DNA of 60,238 nucleotides, filler included. It is 9 parts of 9 records of this genome, joined end to end, with 100 filler letters (N's around TTAATTAATTAA, not from the genome) between each part and the next. Parts side by side here need not be neighbours in the genome. Positions count along the whole stretch, not along the records: positions 1 to 6,332 come from SRR31147125_55123; positions 6,433 to 14,675 come from SRR31147125_55151; 7 more parts are not named here. One strand, written 5' to 3'. The translations under genes and the position numbers were made by a program. Positions 1 through 9,215 of the stretch are shown here, piece by piece. Position 1 is the stretch's first letter; every line of letters begins with the position of its first letter. Under the pieces are notes generated by a model. It searched no databases. It had not been told where the DNA came from and saw only the letters and a list, made by a program, of their open reading frames with translations.

Positions 1-171
1 TTTTGCAATTTCCACACTGTTGTCTGTGGAGTCATTGTCAATCAGCAGAATCTGGGAATGCTCACTCATCTCCATGGAGAGCGCGCGGTTCAGGCTGTTC
101 TCTATTACTTTTCCGCCATTGTGTAAAACGATGAGAATCAGGACTTTGGAATAGGGCTTACAAACTTTCAT
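1..171 (-). CDS. Glycosyltransferase family 2, N-terminal part (runs off window edge; not in ORF track)
   Basis: Manual translation from ATG at 171: MKVCKPYSKVLILIVLHNGGKVIENSL...ILLIDNDSTDNSVEIAK, the GT-A/GT2 N-terminal pattern (hydrophobic strand-N ... IDNxSTDxS). Confidence 0.85.
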   Translation of the reverse strand, partial: MKVCKPYSKVLILIVLHNGGKVIENSLNRALSMEMSEHSQILLIDNDSTDNSVEIAK

Positions 172-355
172 CGATCAATGACTCTAACTCCGCCATCGTG
201 CGACACGCATCAAGTCCATTTATGAATTTCTTTTGCTTGATAGAGTCTATTGATTGAATTTTCACTATGATTTGATCGGGCAAAGGGGCTTCAAAACGCT
301 CTTTCACAACATCAATCAGTTCACGTGATGAATTTTGAGCCAACACATTCATCAA
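158..355 (-). CDS. Small helical protein resembling the C-terminal domain of Rpn/YhgA-like (DUF4351-like) proteins
   Basis: RELIDVVKERFEAPLPDQIIVKIQSIDS...ELESLI matches, from memory, the 'L..RF..lp..i..kI..i' tail pattern of such proteins. Overlaps the GT2 start. Confidence 0.5.
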   Translation of the reverse strand: MMNVLAQNSSRELIDVVKERFEAPLPDQIIVKIQSIDSIKQKKFINGLDACRTMAELESLIDESL

Positions 356-480
356 GAATGGTGTTTTTTATTGCATTTTCAATTTTTTTGGACATGTTAA
401 CACCTTTTAAATAGTAATTTAGTGGTGCAATTTACTGGGTGTATACCCATTTTGCAAGGGAAAATTCTCTAAAAAGCATT

Positions 481-530
481 CTGTCCCTCTGTACCTGTCC
501 CCCTTTTTCCCTGTCCCCCTTTTTCTTTTC
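481..530. repeat. Cluster of CTGTCCC(C)-T-tract motifs (3 copies; another at 935-950)
   Basis: ctgtccctct..cctgtccccctttttccctgtccccctttttc, and cctgtcccctttttttt at about 934-950. Confidence 0.6.
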
Positions 531-531
531 T

Positions 532-870
532 GGGCCGGTTGAGCTTTTTTCCGATTACATACCGGATTTTTCTTTCATGCTCCATGACTTAACCGACCTG
601 TCTGATGACGAGATCAAGGGGATTGTGGAGAAGGCATTGTCAGAAAAAGAAGAAGAAGGAGGACTGATCATGACTTTGGCTGAAAAACTTCGTAAGGAAG
701 GACTAGAAAAAGGAAGAGAAGAAGGAGAGGAAATAGGAAAAATTCAACTATTTCATCAGATCTTAGGAGAATCAATTCCATCCAAGGATGAATTGAGTGA
801 TAGGCCCATCGAGAAGTTGAGAGAAATGCTTGAAGAGCTAGAGAAACGGTGGATGCAGGTTAAATCTTGA
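532..870 (+). pseudogene. Internally deleted Rpn-family (YhgA-like, PD-(D/E)XK) gene remnant
   Basis: YIPDFSFMLHDLTDLSDDEIKG is joined almost directly to MTLAEKLRKEGLEKGREEG. Both are Rpn-type segments normally far apart. No N-terminal nuclease motifs; the ORF-track N-terminus is translated CT-rich repeat. Confidence 0.7.
670..870 (+). CDS. Putative RpnS-like small protein (66 aa) from internal start
   Basis: GGAGG at 658-662, 7 nt before ATG 670. Starts MTLAEKLRKEG, like the internal MTIAExL starts of RpnS proteins. Confidence 0.55.
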   Translation: MTLAEKLRKEGLEKGREEGEEIGKIQLFHQILGESIPSKDELSDRPIEKLREMLEELEKRWMQVKS

Positions 871-1034
871 ATGAGAAGGGAATCCGGGATCGGGACATTA
901 CACTTCATGAATTTTCCCAAGAAGCATTATGTGCCTGTCCCCTTTTTTTTCTTTTAGAATAGAAGATGTCAAGGATGTCAAGTTCCTCTGAAAGGAAAAT
1001 GCATTCCTGCCCCCTGCTTACTTGCCAGGCAAAC

Positions 1035-1086
1035 AAAAAAAAATAGCACTTTCTGTCTTACAGAAGAAAGTGCTATTCTATTTTTT
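1035..1086. terminator. Intrinsic terminator of the large surface-protein gene, possibly bidirectional
   Basis: 13-bp inverted repeat AATAGCACTTTCT (1042-1054) / AGAAAGTGCTATT (1065-1077), A-run on the left and T-run on the right. Confidence 0.75.
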
Positions 1087-1135
1087 CCGTTAATTTCTAA
1101 TTATTTATATTATTATAAAAAGTATAAATAATTAA

Positions 1136-4100
1136 TTATGCCATTACCAGATCCCCGCCAACAAGGTTAAAACTTGCCGTTGTCAGTACTTGGCCAGTAA
1201 CGGTAATTTGTACATCCTGTCCAGCGTCCACTACACCATTGGCATTTTGATCAATAATAATGGTAGAATCGGTTCCATCATTTGTTACAACAACAGTATT
1301 TGCAACGCCACCAAGCTGTGACGCAGGCAAGGTTGCAGCTAAGGCTGCCACATCAACACCATCGAAACTAATCGTATCACCAGTAGTTAAAGCATTTGCT
1401 CCAGTTGCAATCGTATTTGAATCGATATTACCAGCTGCACTAATGCCATAATTCAAGGTAATTGTCGCGCCACCAGCGGCAGAAGTAATGGCAGACAAAG
1501 TATCATTACCTGAACCGAAATTAATGACCGTATTATTACCGCCAGTGTCGTCGGCTAAACTCACGGTATCATTACCACTACCCAAAGTTATGCTCAAAGC
1601 ACCATTAGAGCCATCTACAGTATTCGTCACCGTCAAACCGGCAGTTACAGTAGATGCATTAAAAGTAATTCCACCACCAGCATTAATAGTATCATCAATG
1701 GTCAAAGCGCCAGTTTGGGAAGCTGTTACATTGATATTTTCAGTAAGTGTAATGCCGGTAGCCAAGTTAGCAGCACCACCAAGATCATAGGTAATGTTTA
1801 CAGTGTCCGTTCCGGCACCGCCATTAATTGCATCCGTAGTAGCATCCCAACCCGCGTTGAGATTGAATATATCATTTCCGGTATTACCGGTAAGCGCATA
1901 AAGAGTTGTTGCAGCAACTCCCACATCGACGGTTAACGCGCCACCTACAGCAGCATTATATGTTTCAACAGCCGCAACTGTTGCTGCTGTTCCGGCTCCA
2001 GTAAATGTGATTGTTTCAGCGCCGGCGGCAGTCACAGTACCATCGTTCAGTGAATCCCACTGGGCAATGGTCATTGTTACACCGGCACCGCCTGCCAATG
2101 TTAAGTCTTCAAATCCGCTGACAGCGGCACCACTGATATTATCGCCGGCTGCGAGGGAAAGAGTGTCAGTATCGCTACCACCTGTCAGTGTGGCGGTAAT
2201 GACACCACCAACTGTGGAGGTGACAATATCGTTACCAGCACCCATGTCAATCGTCGTTCCGGCCAAGTCTGCTGACAAAGCAGTAATGGTATCGGTCCCC
2301 GCACCCATGCTAATGGTACCACCTGCTGCCAGGTTAGCTGTATCGGCGATGGTATCGGATCCGGTTCCACCAGTAACGCTAGTAAAGGCACCCGCAGCAT
2401 TAAAAGCAACACCAGTATTGGTACCGTCAGCAAGTTGCAGAACCTCAACATTTGTAACTGTAGCAGCTAATGCACCAACTGCACCGGCATCAGAAAGCTG
2501 CAATGTATCCGTCCCAAAAGCGCCATTGATCGTTGAACCAGCAAGATTGGCAATACTTGATATGATCGTATCGTCCTCATTTGTGGTCATTCTGTCAGCA
2601 TTGGTATTGGTCGTCGTACTGACGTTTGCAGCTGCAGCACTCAATGTGACGGTGTTTCCTGCTAGACCGAGTCCAAGATCGGCTGCTGTCATCTCAGTGA
2701 TACCGTCCATATTGATACGCAGGTCGCCCGTACCAATAGTTCCATCACCGTTGTCAACGACAAGAACACCTTCCGACTGAACAAAAATAGCTTGACCTGC
2801 AACACCAGTCAAAGCGGTCTCTGCAGCAGTCGTGTTGGCAGCATTACCTCTCCACAGCGTCGTGGAGACCGTACCCAACAGGGTTGCATCAATGACATCT
2901 TCCCCTTGTTCAAAACCGTAAACCGTATCAGATAAGGTTCCGGATGATTGAGCAGCTGCACTATATACCAAAGTATCCGCGCCATCACCGAAGGTCCAAG
3001 AATCGGCCCCTGCAGCTGTTCCCACATTCCACGTTGTCCCGCCACTTCCCAAAGTGATAGTTGCACCACTTGAAGCAAAATTCATACCCGTTACAGTCAA
3101 CGTATCGGTTACATCGGCAGCACTCACTGTCGTCAACACCGGTGTCGCAGGATTCGAAACAGCGTTGATGGTTAATGCGGCATCACCTGAGAGAGTAAGC
3201 GTCGTTGCATCTTGAACAGAAAGGGAATTAATGGCCAATGTACCAGTGCCATCGGTTGTGTCATCATCAACACTGATCGTAACAGTTTCTGCGTCATCGC
3301 CGTTAACCGTTCCCAATGTATCGCCTGCAAGTACTCTATCCAGCGTAAAAGTCAACTCATCAGATGAACCATCAGTTTTCAAATCAACGGTAAGATTCTG
3401 ACCGGCTGTCCCATCATTTACATCGACCTCAACCTCTAAACCGGTCACTGCGTCATCAACCGTCGATGAGCCAGCCAATCCGGCATTATAGATCACTTTA
3501 CCAACACCTGGAAAGTCATCCATATCAATAGTGCCGGTACCGCCTGTGGAAACATCCAGAATTTCAACATTTGAAATTGAACCGGCTGGTGCGGCAATGG
3601 CTAATGCATTTGTCAACACGATCGTATCGCCATCACCATCACCGCCATCAAATTCGTCGCCTGTCTCAAATCCGGCTGAAAAATCTGCTGTATCATCACC
3701 GGATCCACCCGTTACAACGACATCCCTAGCCGTCCCGTTACTATCCAGCTCCACACTAAGATTTCCTTCAAAGGTGGATGCATCCACTGTAGTGGCTCCG
3801 TCAAGCATCTCATCGATGGACAAGTTCTGATCCCCCATCACATTGACCGTCTCCATGGCAGTACTAATTAGATCCGTCAAGTGAGAGGCTTGGCCGTCAG
3901 TAGTCAAATTAAATGTTTCAATGCCTTCAATTGTCAAACTACCGGCCGCTCCGCCATCATTATCCATCACATCGTTCAACAGGACATTTTGAGTGGTATC
4001 ACCGCTTACAACAGAAGCCTGGTACTGAACCTCCGTATCGGCATTATTAACATTGCCACCCACATGCTCCATTTCAAGGTCAAAGAGTTCCTGAGCACCG

Positions 4101-6085
4101 GTAAAAGTCAGATCAAAGGCACTATTGCTATTAATGAGAGTCTCTACACCGGTGGTATCCGTCAAATCAAACGTAGTTCCATTCGTGGCATCGCCGGTCA
4201 CTTCAACTCGTTCAATGTTTTTCAATACAAAACCAGCTTCATTCAAGCCGGCAGCTGCAGTAGATGAAGAGGCATAGTCGAGAAGATCGGCATCACCAGC
4301 TCCGCCGTCCAATTCATCATTTGAGGTCAGCGTATCTTCAGTTGCAAAGAAAGTATCGTCGCCATCACCACCTGTAAATGCTGAACCGGCATCAGTTCCG
4401 GTAGTCAGTGTAAATGTTTCACCATTATCCTCAGCATCATCCGTCACAGTCACGGTCACAGTTTCCACATCAGTGTTGCCTGCAGAATCCGTCGCTGTAA
4501 TTTCCAAATCAAAACTGTTTGGAGATGACTCATAGTCATTGGAGGGAACATTTGCTGCGGCACCAGCATCTGTCAATGAGAGCACGCCATCATTGTCAAT
4601 GGCAAAATACCCTTCGTCATTACCGGCTGTAATATCAAAAGTGGCAACGGCAACATCATCTGTCGCAACGACGGCATCCCCGATGGCCTCACCTGCGGCA
4701 AGCGTCTCTTCCTGGTAAGAATAACTTTGACCCGCCTCAATCACAGGAGCTGAAGAATCTTCTACCAGTTCCGCATCATCAATGGCTTCGGCAGCAGTTC
4801 CAGCAGCATCCTGAATGGGATTGTCACCCGGTGTATAATCAACGAGGAACACTTCATCATCTTCAGCTTCGCGGCCCAAATCAAGAATAACCTGATTTCC
4901 GGAAACCGTCACTGAAGTCACACCAATTGTTGTGCTTTCACCCTGAACAGTGACCAAAAAGTCAGCAGGCACCGGCACAGATTCTCCATCCAGAGCCTCG
5001 TCGAAAGTCAATGTTGCAGAGTCCCCGCCAATTGTCGCTGTACTAAGCGCTGGTGGATCATCATCAACATTACCTACGGTCAAGGTAACGACCGCTTCTT
5101 CAGACACATTTCCGGCAGCATCCGTTGCAGTCACCGTCAACTCAACAGGGTCGGTACCGGCTTCAAAATCATTCAGATCAGCGGCAATACCTTCTTCAGT
5201 CATTGTAATCTCACCAGCGGCATTGATGGCAAAATAGCCGTCATCATTACCCGCGGTAATGGCAAAATCGGTGACGCCTGTTTCGTCGGTAGCCGTAACC
5301 GTCGCCACAACAGCATCTGCTTCCTGATTCTCATCATAGGTGTAAGCCTGATCCGCATCAACCACGGGAGCCACGGTATCAAGGGCAGAGGTATCCTGAA
5401 TGGTGTTATCCAACACAGCCACTTCAGCCCCGTCGGAATCGGTAATGGTTACGGTAAATTCTTCAGCATACTCAGCCCCGTCATTGGCTGCAATATCGAT
5501 AGTGACAGTGGCTTCACTCTCACCGGCGGCAATCGTTACCGTTCCAAACGTCGCGCTTGCGAAATCAACGGCATCTGCTTCGTCACTGGTCACTTCATAA
5601 GTGAAGGTCATATCTTCGGAAGCGTCCTGATTCAGGGAAATGGTGTAAACCGCTGCATCGCCTTCCGCTACCGGCACGTCACTCTGCGTAACGGTGACTT
5701 CCATGGGCACGTCAACAAGCTCATCTTCAGGAACTTCCGTCGGGGTGATGCCGGCTGCTTCAAACGCTTCGGCAGCCGTATCAAAAAAATCAGCCGCACA
5801 TTGTTTGAGAACTGCTCCGGCCCAAGCCATGAGAGCTTCGCCGGTGATGCCGTCCCAGTCACTTGTACCGTTGGCTTCATCTTGTGCCTGTCCCCATGCG
5901 ACAATCCCATCCCAAAATGAAGACTCATCATTATCCGGAGATGTATTTATATTGTAAAGGGCCGCATTTGCACTTGCGTCCGCCCGTGCATCCCCATCGA
6001 CAAGGGGGACATCTGCAAGCTCATCAACTAACGCTCTGGCTGCCAAGTAATAATCTTCAACAAATACCATAATTTCGTCGTCCAT
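1136..6085 (-). CDS. Large acidic S-layer/adhesin protein (Calx-beta, cadherin-like x2, SwmB-like, RsaA/RTX-like beta-roll), probable type I secretion substrate
   Basis: 1649 aa, AGGAG RBS. Calx-beta (GTVTIAAGESEATVTIDIAANDGAEYAEEF); cadherin-like (YTYDENQ..ATD..FAITAGNDDGYFAI..DFE); SwmB-like (TLTFDEALD..ADFLVTV..VTVSGNQVIL); many GGxGxDx repeats; no signal peptide; T1SS-like C-terminus. Confidence 0.8.
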   Translation of the reverse strand: MDDEIMVFVEDYYLAARALVDELADVPLVDGDARADASANAALYNINTSPDNDESSFWDGIVAWGQAQDEANGTSDWDGITGEALMAWAGAVLKQCAADFFDTAAEAFEAAGITPTEVPEDELVDVPMEVTVTQSDVPVAEGDAAVYTISLNQDASEDMTFTYEVTSDEADAVDFASATFGTVTIAAGESEATVTIDIAANDGAEYAEEFTVTITDSDGAEVAVLDNTIQDTSALDTVAPVVDADQAYTYDENQEADAVVATVTATDETGVTDFAITAGNDDGYFAINAAGEITMTEEGIAADLNDFEAGTDPVELTVTATDAAGNVSEEAVVTLTVGNVDDDPPALSTATIGGDSATLTFDEALDGESVPVPADFLVTVQGESTTIGVTSVTVSGNQVILDLGREAEDDEVFLVDYTPGDNPIQDAAGTAAEAIDDAELVEDSSAPVIEAGQSYSYQEETLAAGEAIGDAVVATDDVAVATFDITAGNDEGYFAIDNDGVLSLTDAGAAANVPSNDYESSPNSFDLEITATDSAGNTDVETVTVTVTDDAEDNGETFTLTTGTDAGSAFTGGDGDDTFFATEDTLTSNDELDGGAGDADLLDYASSSTAAAGLNEAGFVLKNIERVEVTGDATNGTTFDLTDTTGVETLINSNSAFDLTFTGAQELFDLEMEHVGGNVNNADTEVQYQASVVSGDTTQNVLLNDVMDNDGGAAGSLTIEGIETFNLTTDGQASHLTDLISTAMETVNVMGDQNLSIDEMLDGATTVDASTFEGNLSVELDSNGTARDVVVTGGSGDDTADFSAGFETGDEFDGGDGDGDTIVLTNALAIAAPAGSISNVEILDVSTGGTGTIDMDDFPGVGKVIYNAGLAGSSTVDDAVTGLEVEVDVNDGTAGQNLTVDLKTDGSSDELTFTLDRVLAGDTLGTVNGDDAETVTISVDDDTTDGTGTLAINSLSVQDATTLTLSGDAALTINAVSNPATPVLTTVSAADVTDTLTVTGMNFASSGATITLGSGGTTWNVGTAAGADSWTFGDGADTLVYSAAAQSSGTLSDTVYGFEQGEDVIDATLLGTVSTTLWRGNAANTTAAETALTGVAGQAIFVQSEGVLVVDNGDGTIGTGDLRINMDGITEMTAADLGLGLAGNTVTLSAAAANVSTTTNTNADRMTTNEDDTIISSIANLAGSTINGAFGTDTLQLSDAGAVGALAATVTNVEVLQLADGTNTGVAFNAAGAFTSVTGGTGSDTIADTANLAAGGTISMGAGTDTITALSADLAGTTIDMGAGNDIVTSTVGGVITATLTGGSDTDTLSLAAGDNISGAAVSGFEDLTLAGGAGVTMTIAQWDSLNDGTVTAAGAETITFTGAGTAATVAAVETYNAAVGGALTVDVGVAATTLYALTGNTGNDIFNLNAGWDATTDAINGGAGTDTVNITYDLGGAANLATGITLTENINVTASQTGALTIDDTINAGGGITFNASTVTAGLTVTNTVDGSNGALSITLGSGNDTVSLADDTGGNNTVINFGSGNDTLSAITSAAGGATITLNYGISAAGNIDSNTIATGANALTTGDTISFDGVDVAALAATLPASQLGGVANTVVVTNDGTDSTIIIDQNANGVVDAGQDVQITVTGQVLTTASFNLVGGDLVMA

Positions 6086-6332
6086 CTTTTTTTCTCCTAA
6101 AAGCTTTAATTAATTACAAATACCTACACTCTTATCACTCATGAAAAAATACAACTTCAACGCCCCTTTCACCCCAATCAAAAAAACCACCATGCAGAGA
6201 AAAAGTATCGAGTTGCATTCCCCTTGAGCCTACTTCTACACATCAAAAATTTAAGAGCCTCCCTATTTTTAAATGTTTTCGGATTTTATATGAAAAAAAA
6301 CATGTTGTAAGTTCTAGTTTTTTCATGCTTTG

Positions 6333-6432
6333 NNNNNNNNNNNNNNNNNNNNNNNNNNNNNNNNNNNNNNNNNNNNTTAATTAATTAANNNNNNNNNNNN
6401 NNNNNNNNNNNNNNNNNNNNNNNNNNNNNNNN
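6333..6432. other. Artificial contig spacer
   Basis: 44 N + TTAATTAATTAA (stops in all six frames) + 44 N; identical at eight positions in the window. Confidence 0.99.
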
Positions 6433-6489
6433 TAGAGCGTTGGACTCCGACTCCAAAGGTCACAGGTTCGAATCCTGCCGGGCATACCA
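6433..6489 (+). tRNA. tRNA-Arg(CCG), 5'-truncated at contig edge
   Basis: D-arm end TAGAGC; anticodon arm TTGGA-CTCCGAC-TCCAA (CCG at 6447-6449); T-arm CAGG-TTCGAAT-CCTG; encoded CCA at 6487-6489. Confidence 0.9.
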
Positions 6490-6758
6490 AATAAAAGCCT
6501 CCATTTTTGGGGCTTTTTGTTTGGTTTGTCCGGTGTGTTTGAACCTGTAAATAGGCTGTCATAAGCTATACGCGATTTAAACCAGCATAGTAAAAAGTCT
6601 AATTAACATTATTTTAATATAAATAAGGCTGACGGCCTTCGTCTTCGAATCCTCTCGGGCACGCCAAATAAAAACCTCCATTTTTGGGGGTTTTCGTTTG
6701 TCCGGTGTGTTTTAGCCTGCAAATAGGCTGTCATAAGCTATATGCAATTTTAACCAGC
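6467..6758 (+). repeat. Imperfect ~120-bp direct repeat (6467-6586 and 6644-6758), each copy starting with a tRNA 3' end; att-like
   Basis: Copy 1 TTCGAATCCTGCCGGGCATACCA.., copy 2 TTCGAATCCTCTCGGGCACGCCA..; both continue with a hairpin/T-tract and TTGTCCGGTGTGTTT..AAATAGGCTGTCATAAGCTATA..AACCAGC. Confidence 0.9.
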
Positions 6759-6885
6759 TTGGATAAGGGTTCGGATTTGTTGTTTATTTCAGTTAAATTC
6801 ACTTAAGGCAGGATAAGCGGATAAATGTCCGGTTAAGAATGACTGCAAATGAAACCGAGAAATTGCTTTTGTATGAGCACAATAT

Positions 6886-6948
6886 TTACAACTAAATTAC
6901 ATAAACATACACATGCAAACTTGCCTTGAAACTAACCTGTGGTAAAAT
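6886..6948 (+). promoter_or_regulatory. TTACA direct repeats plus sigma70-like promoter of the response regulator
   Basis: TTACA at 6886 and 6897 (11-bp period); -35 TTGCCT 6921-6926; extended -10 TG-G-TAAAAT 6940-6948. Confidence 0.5.
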
Positions 6949-6984
6949 ATTATGGGTTCATTTTTGTAAACGGAGGGTGATGCT

Positions 6985-7650
6985 GTGGCAAAAAACAGAC
7001 TACTTGTTGTAGAAGACGATGTCGATATATCTGAGATTATTGCGATGAATCTGCAATATTCCGGCTATGAATATATAACGATGGATGATGGCACAAAAGC
7101 CGCAGAGTATCTTAAGGATGATCACGTTTTTGACTTAGCTGTTCTTGATATTATGCTGCCGGGGCTTGACGGCTTCGAGCTTATGGAATATATGCGTAAA
7201 TATGATATCCCAGTCTTATACCTGACTGCAAAAGCGGATGTTGGATCAAAAATCAAAGGACTGCGGAACGGTGCGGAGGACTATCTTGTCAAGCCGTTTG
7301 AGGTGCTGGAGCTGTTAGTGCGGATTGAAAAAATATTAGAACGCACCGGTAAATTAAATAAGATCCTAAGATGCCGCAATATTATAATAGACATAGATAC
7401 ACGCACGGTAAAGAAGGGTGAAGAGTCGGTCTATCTACAGCCTATTGAATATGACCTTTTGGTCGCCCTTATTCGTCATAAAAACTGTACTTTAAGTCGT
7501 GAACGCCTGCTTTCAGAGATTTGGGGATTTGATTATATGGGCGAGACACGCACTGTGGACACACACATATCTAGCCTGCGGCGTAAGCTTGACCTTGCGG
7601 ATGCAATTATCTCCATCCCCAAAATTGGTTATCGTCTGGAGGTGGATTAG
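6985..7650 (+). CDS. OmpR/PhoB-family response regulator
   Basis: Receiver domain (VVEDD, LDIMLPG, LTAK, KPF) plus winged helix (RTVDTHISSLRRKL, GYRL). GGAGG RBS, GTG start. Confidence 0.95.
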   Translation: MAKNRLLVVEDDVDISEIIAMNLQYSGYEYITMDDGTKAAEYLKDDHVFDLAVLDIMLPGLDGFELMEYMRKYDIPVLYLTAKADVGSKIKGLRNGAEDYLVKPFEVLELLVRIEKILERTGKLNKILRCRNIIIDIDTRTVKKGEESVYLQPIEYDLLVALIRHKNCTLSRERLLSEIWGFDYMGETRTVDTHISSLRRKLDLADAIISIPKIGYRLEVD

Positions 7651-7654
7651 CGCC

Positions 7655-9064
7655 ATGAAACTGCGCACAAAGCTCATTCTCACCACTACGATCATCGTCA
7701 TTATTGCTGTTATAGCCAGTACGTCTTTCGTTATTGATTTTACAAAACAAAAAGAGATAGATAAGATTACAGCAGCGGGGATTGCAGATTATGAGGTGTT
7801 TATCAGAAGCTTTACAGGTTCGGGGCTATATTCCTATTCAAGTGAAACAAATCAATTATCATGGTTCAGTTATTTGCAATACAATTTTTATAATATTACC
7901 GGACATAATGAATTCGCCCTGCTAAACGGCGATACTAACGTCAGCAACAATACAGGTATCGACGCTGTTAAGGCGCTTGAAGAAAAAAGGACTTATAAAA
8001 AGGATATCGACAATCCTGAAACCACACTTCACTATACGACATGCCACATCAGCGGTCAAGATTATTTCATTGCCTCAGCAAGCTTCGATATCTTAAAGCA
8101 GGAATATACATTGTCGATAGTACGCAATATCACAAGCACGATGGAAGAGATAAACAGCCTCGGGATGAAGTGTGCTATTGCCGGGGTAATCGTAATGATT
8201 ACTGCAGCATTGCTTGTTCTTTTATTCGTACGCCGTTCCCTGTTACCTGTGCGTCAGCTGGAAAAAGGGGCAGTAGAAATTTCTGACGGCAACTATGAGA
8301 ACCGTATACACATTAAAGGACACGATGAGATTGCTTCGCTTGCAGAGCAGTTTAACAGGATGGCGGCGGCGATTTCTGAAAAAATCGATGCACTTGACGA
8401 AACGACGCAGCGCCAGCAGTCGTTTATCAATGCGCTTTCGCACGAGATGAAGACTCCCGTAACTTCGATTATGGCAAGGGCAGAAACGCTGCTGATGCGT
8501 GATGTATCTACGGAAGATATGAAACACTCATTGGAGCGGATATATAATCAGTGCGCCTGGATGGAAAAGCTCTCGGGGAAGCTCACCACGCTTGTCCTGC
8601 TGCAAGGTCGCATTGACGTAAAATCGGAAAGCGCTAGTAAGTTGTTTGAAGCTGTGAAAGAAACCGTCACTGAAACACTCAATGAAAGGGATATCACCCT
8701 CGTCATAGACTGCAAAATGGATACTCTTTTAATCGATTTTGATCTGATGCGTACGGCTCTTGCAAATCTTATAGATAATGCGGGGAAGGCAAGTAAAGGC
8801 GGTTCTGTCATTGAGCTTTGCGCCTATAACAATATTGTTAAGGTCGAAGACCATGGCAGGGGTATACCGAAGGATGAAATAGAACGTATTACCCAGCCTT
8901 TCTATATGATAGACCGTTCAAGAAGCAAAAAAACCGGAGGGAGCGGCCTGGGACTGGCACTTGTTGAGCATATCGTACAGGCACACGGCGCAGAGCTGAC
9001 TGTTTCAAGCGAGCTCAGCGAAGGAACAACTGTCAGGATTATATTCCCTGATGGTATGGGTTGA
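7655..9064 (+). CDS. HAMP-domain sensor histidine kinase
   Basis: Likely start ATG 7655 (MKLRTKL). Two TM helices, HAMP (DEIASLAEQFNRMA), H-box SHEMKTP, N-box NLIDNA, DHGRGI, GSGLGL. Confidence 0.93.
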   Translation: MKLRTKLILTTTIIVIIAVIASTSFVIDFTKQKEIDKITAAGIADYEVFIRSFTGSGLYSYSSETNQLSWFSYLQYNFYNITGHNEFALLNGDTNVSNNTGIDAVKALEEKRTYKKDIDNPETTLHYTTCHISGQDYFIASASFDILKQEYTLSIVRNITSTMEEINSLGMKCAIAGVIVMITAALLVLLFVRRSLLPVRQLEKGAVEISDGNYENRIHIKGHDEIASLAEQFNRMAAAISEKIDALDETTQRQQSFINALSHEMKTPVTSIMARAETLLMRDVSTEDMKHSLERIYNQCAWMEKLSGKLTTLVLLQGRIDVKSESASKLFEAVKETVTETLNERDITLVIDCKMDTLLIDFDLMRTALANLIDNAGKASKGGSVIELCAYNNIVKVEDHGRGIPKDEIERITQPFYMIDRSRSKKTGGSGLGLALVEHIVQAHGAELTVSSELSEGTTVRIIFPDGMG

Positions 9065-9122
9065 GCTTTACTCCGACAGATGTGTACTTCAAATTACGAA
9101 AACGCTTTGGTACTAAAACAGG

Positions 9123-9159
9123 TGACACCTGTTGACAAATAGATTACATCTTTTTGACA
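9123..9159 (+). promoter_or_regulatory. Phased T(G/T)ACA repeats, candidate response-regulator binding site
   Basis: TGACA 9123, TGACA 9133, TTACA 9144, TGACA 9155 (10-11 bp spacing), upstream of the lipoprotein gene. Confidence 0.55.
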
Positions 9160-9215
9160 ACTATCCGAGTCCGATATGGGACAATATCCATATATAAAAG
9201 AAAGAGGCTTTGATC

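Noticed and set aside
1260..5957. Many plus-strand ORFs opposite the large surface protein
   Set aside because: Antisense shadows of a codon-biased repetitive gene; no motifs or RBS.
6467..6758. Possible CRISPR array or second complete tRNA
   Set aside because: Only two long imperfect copies with no repeat-spacer period; the second copy lacks D and anticodon arms.
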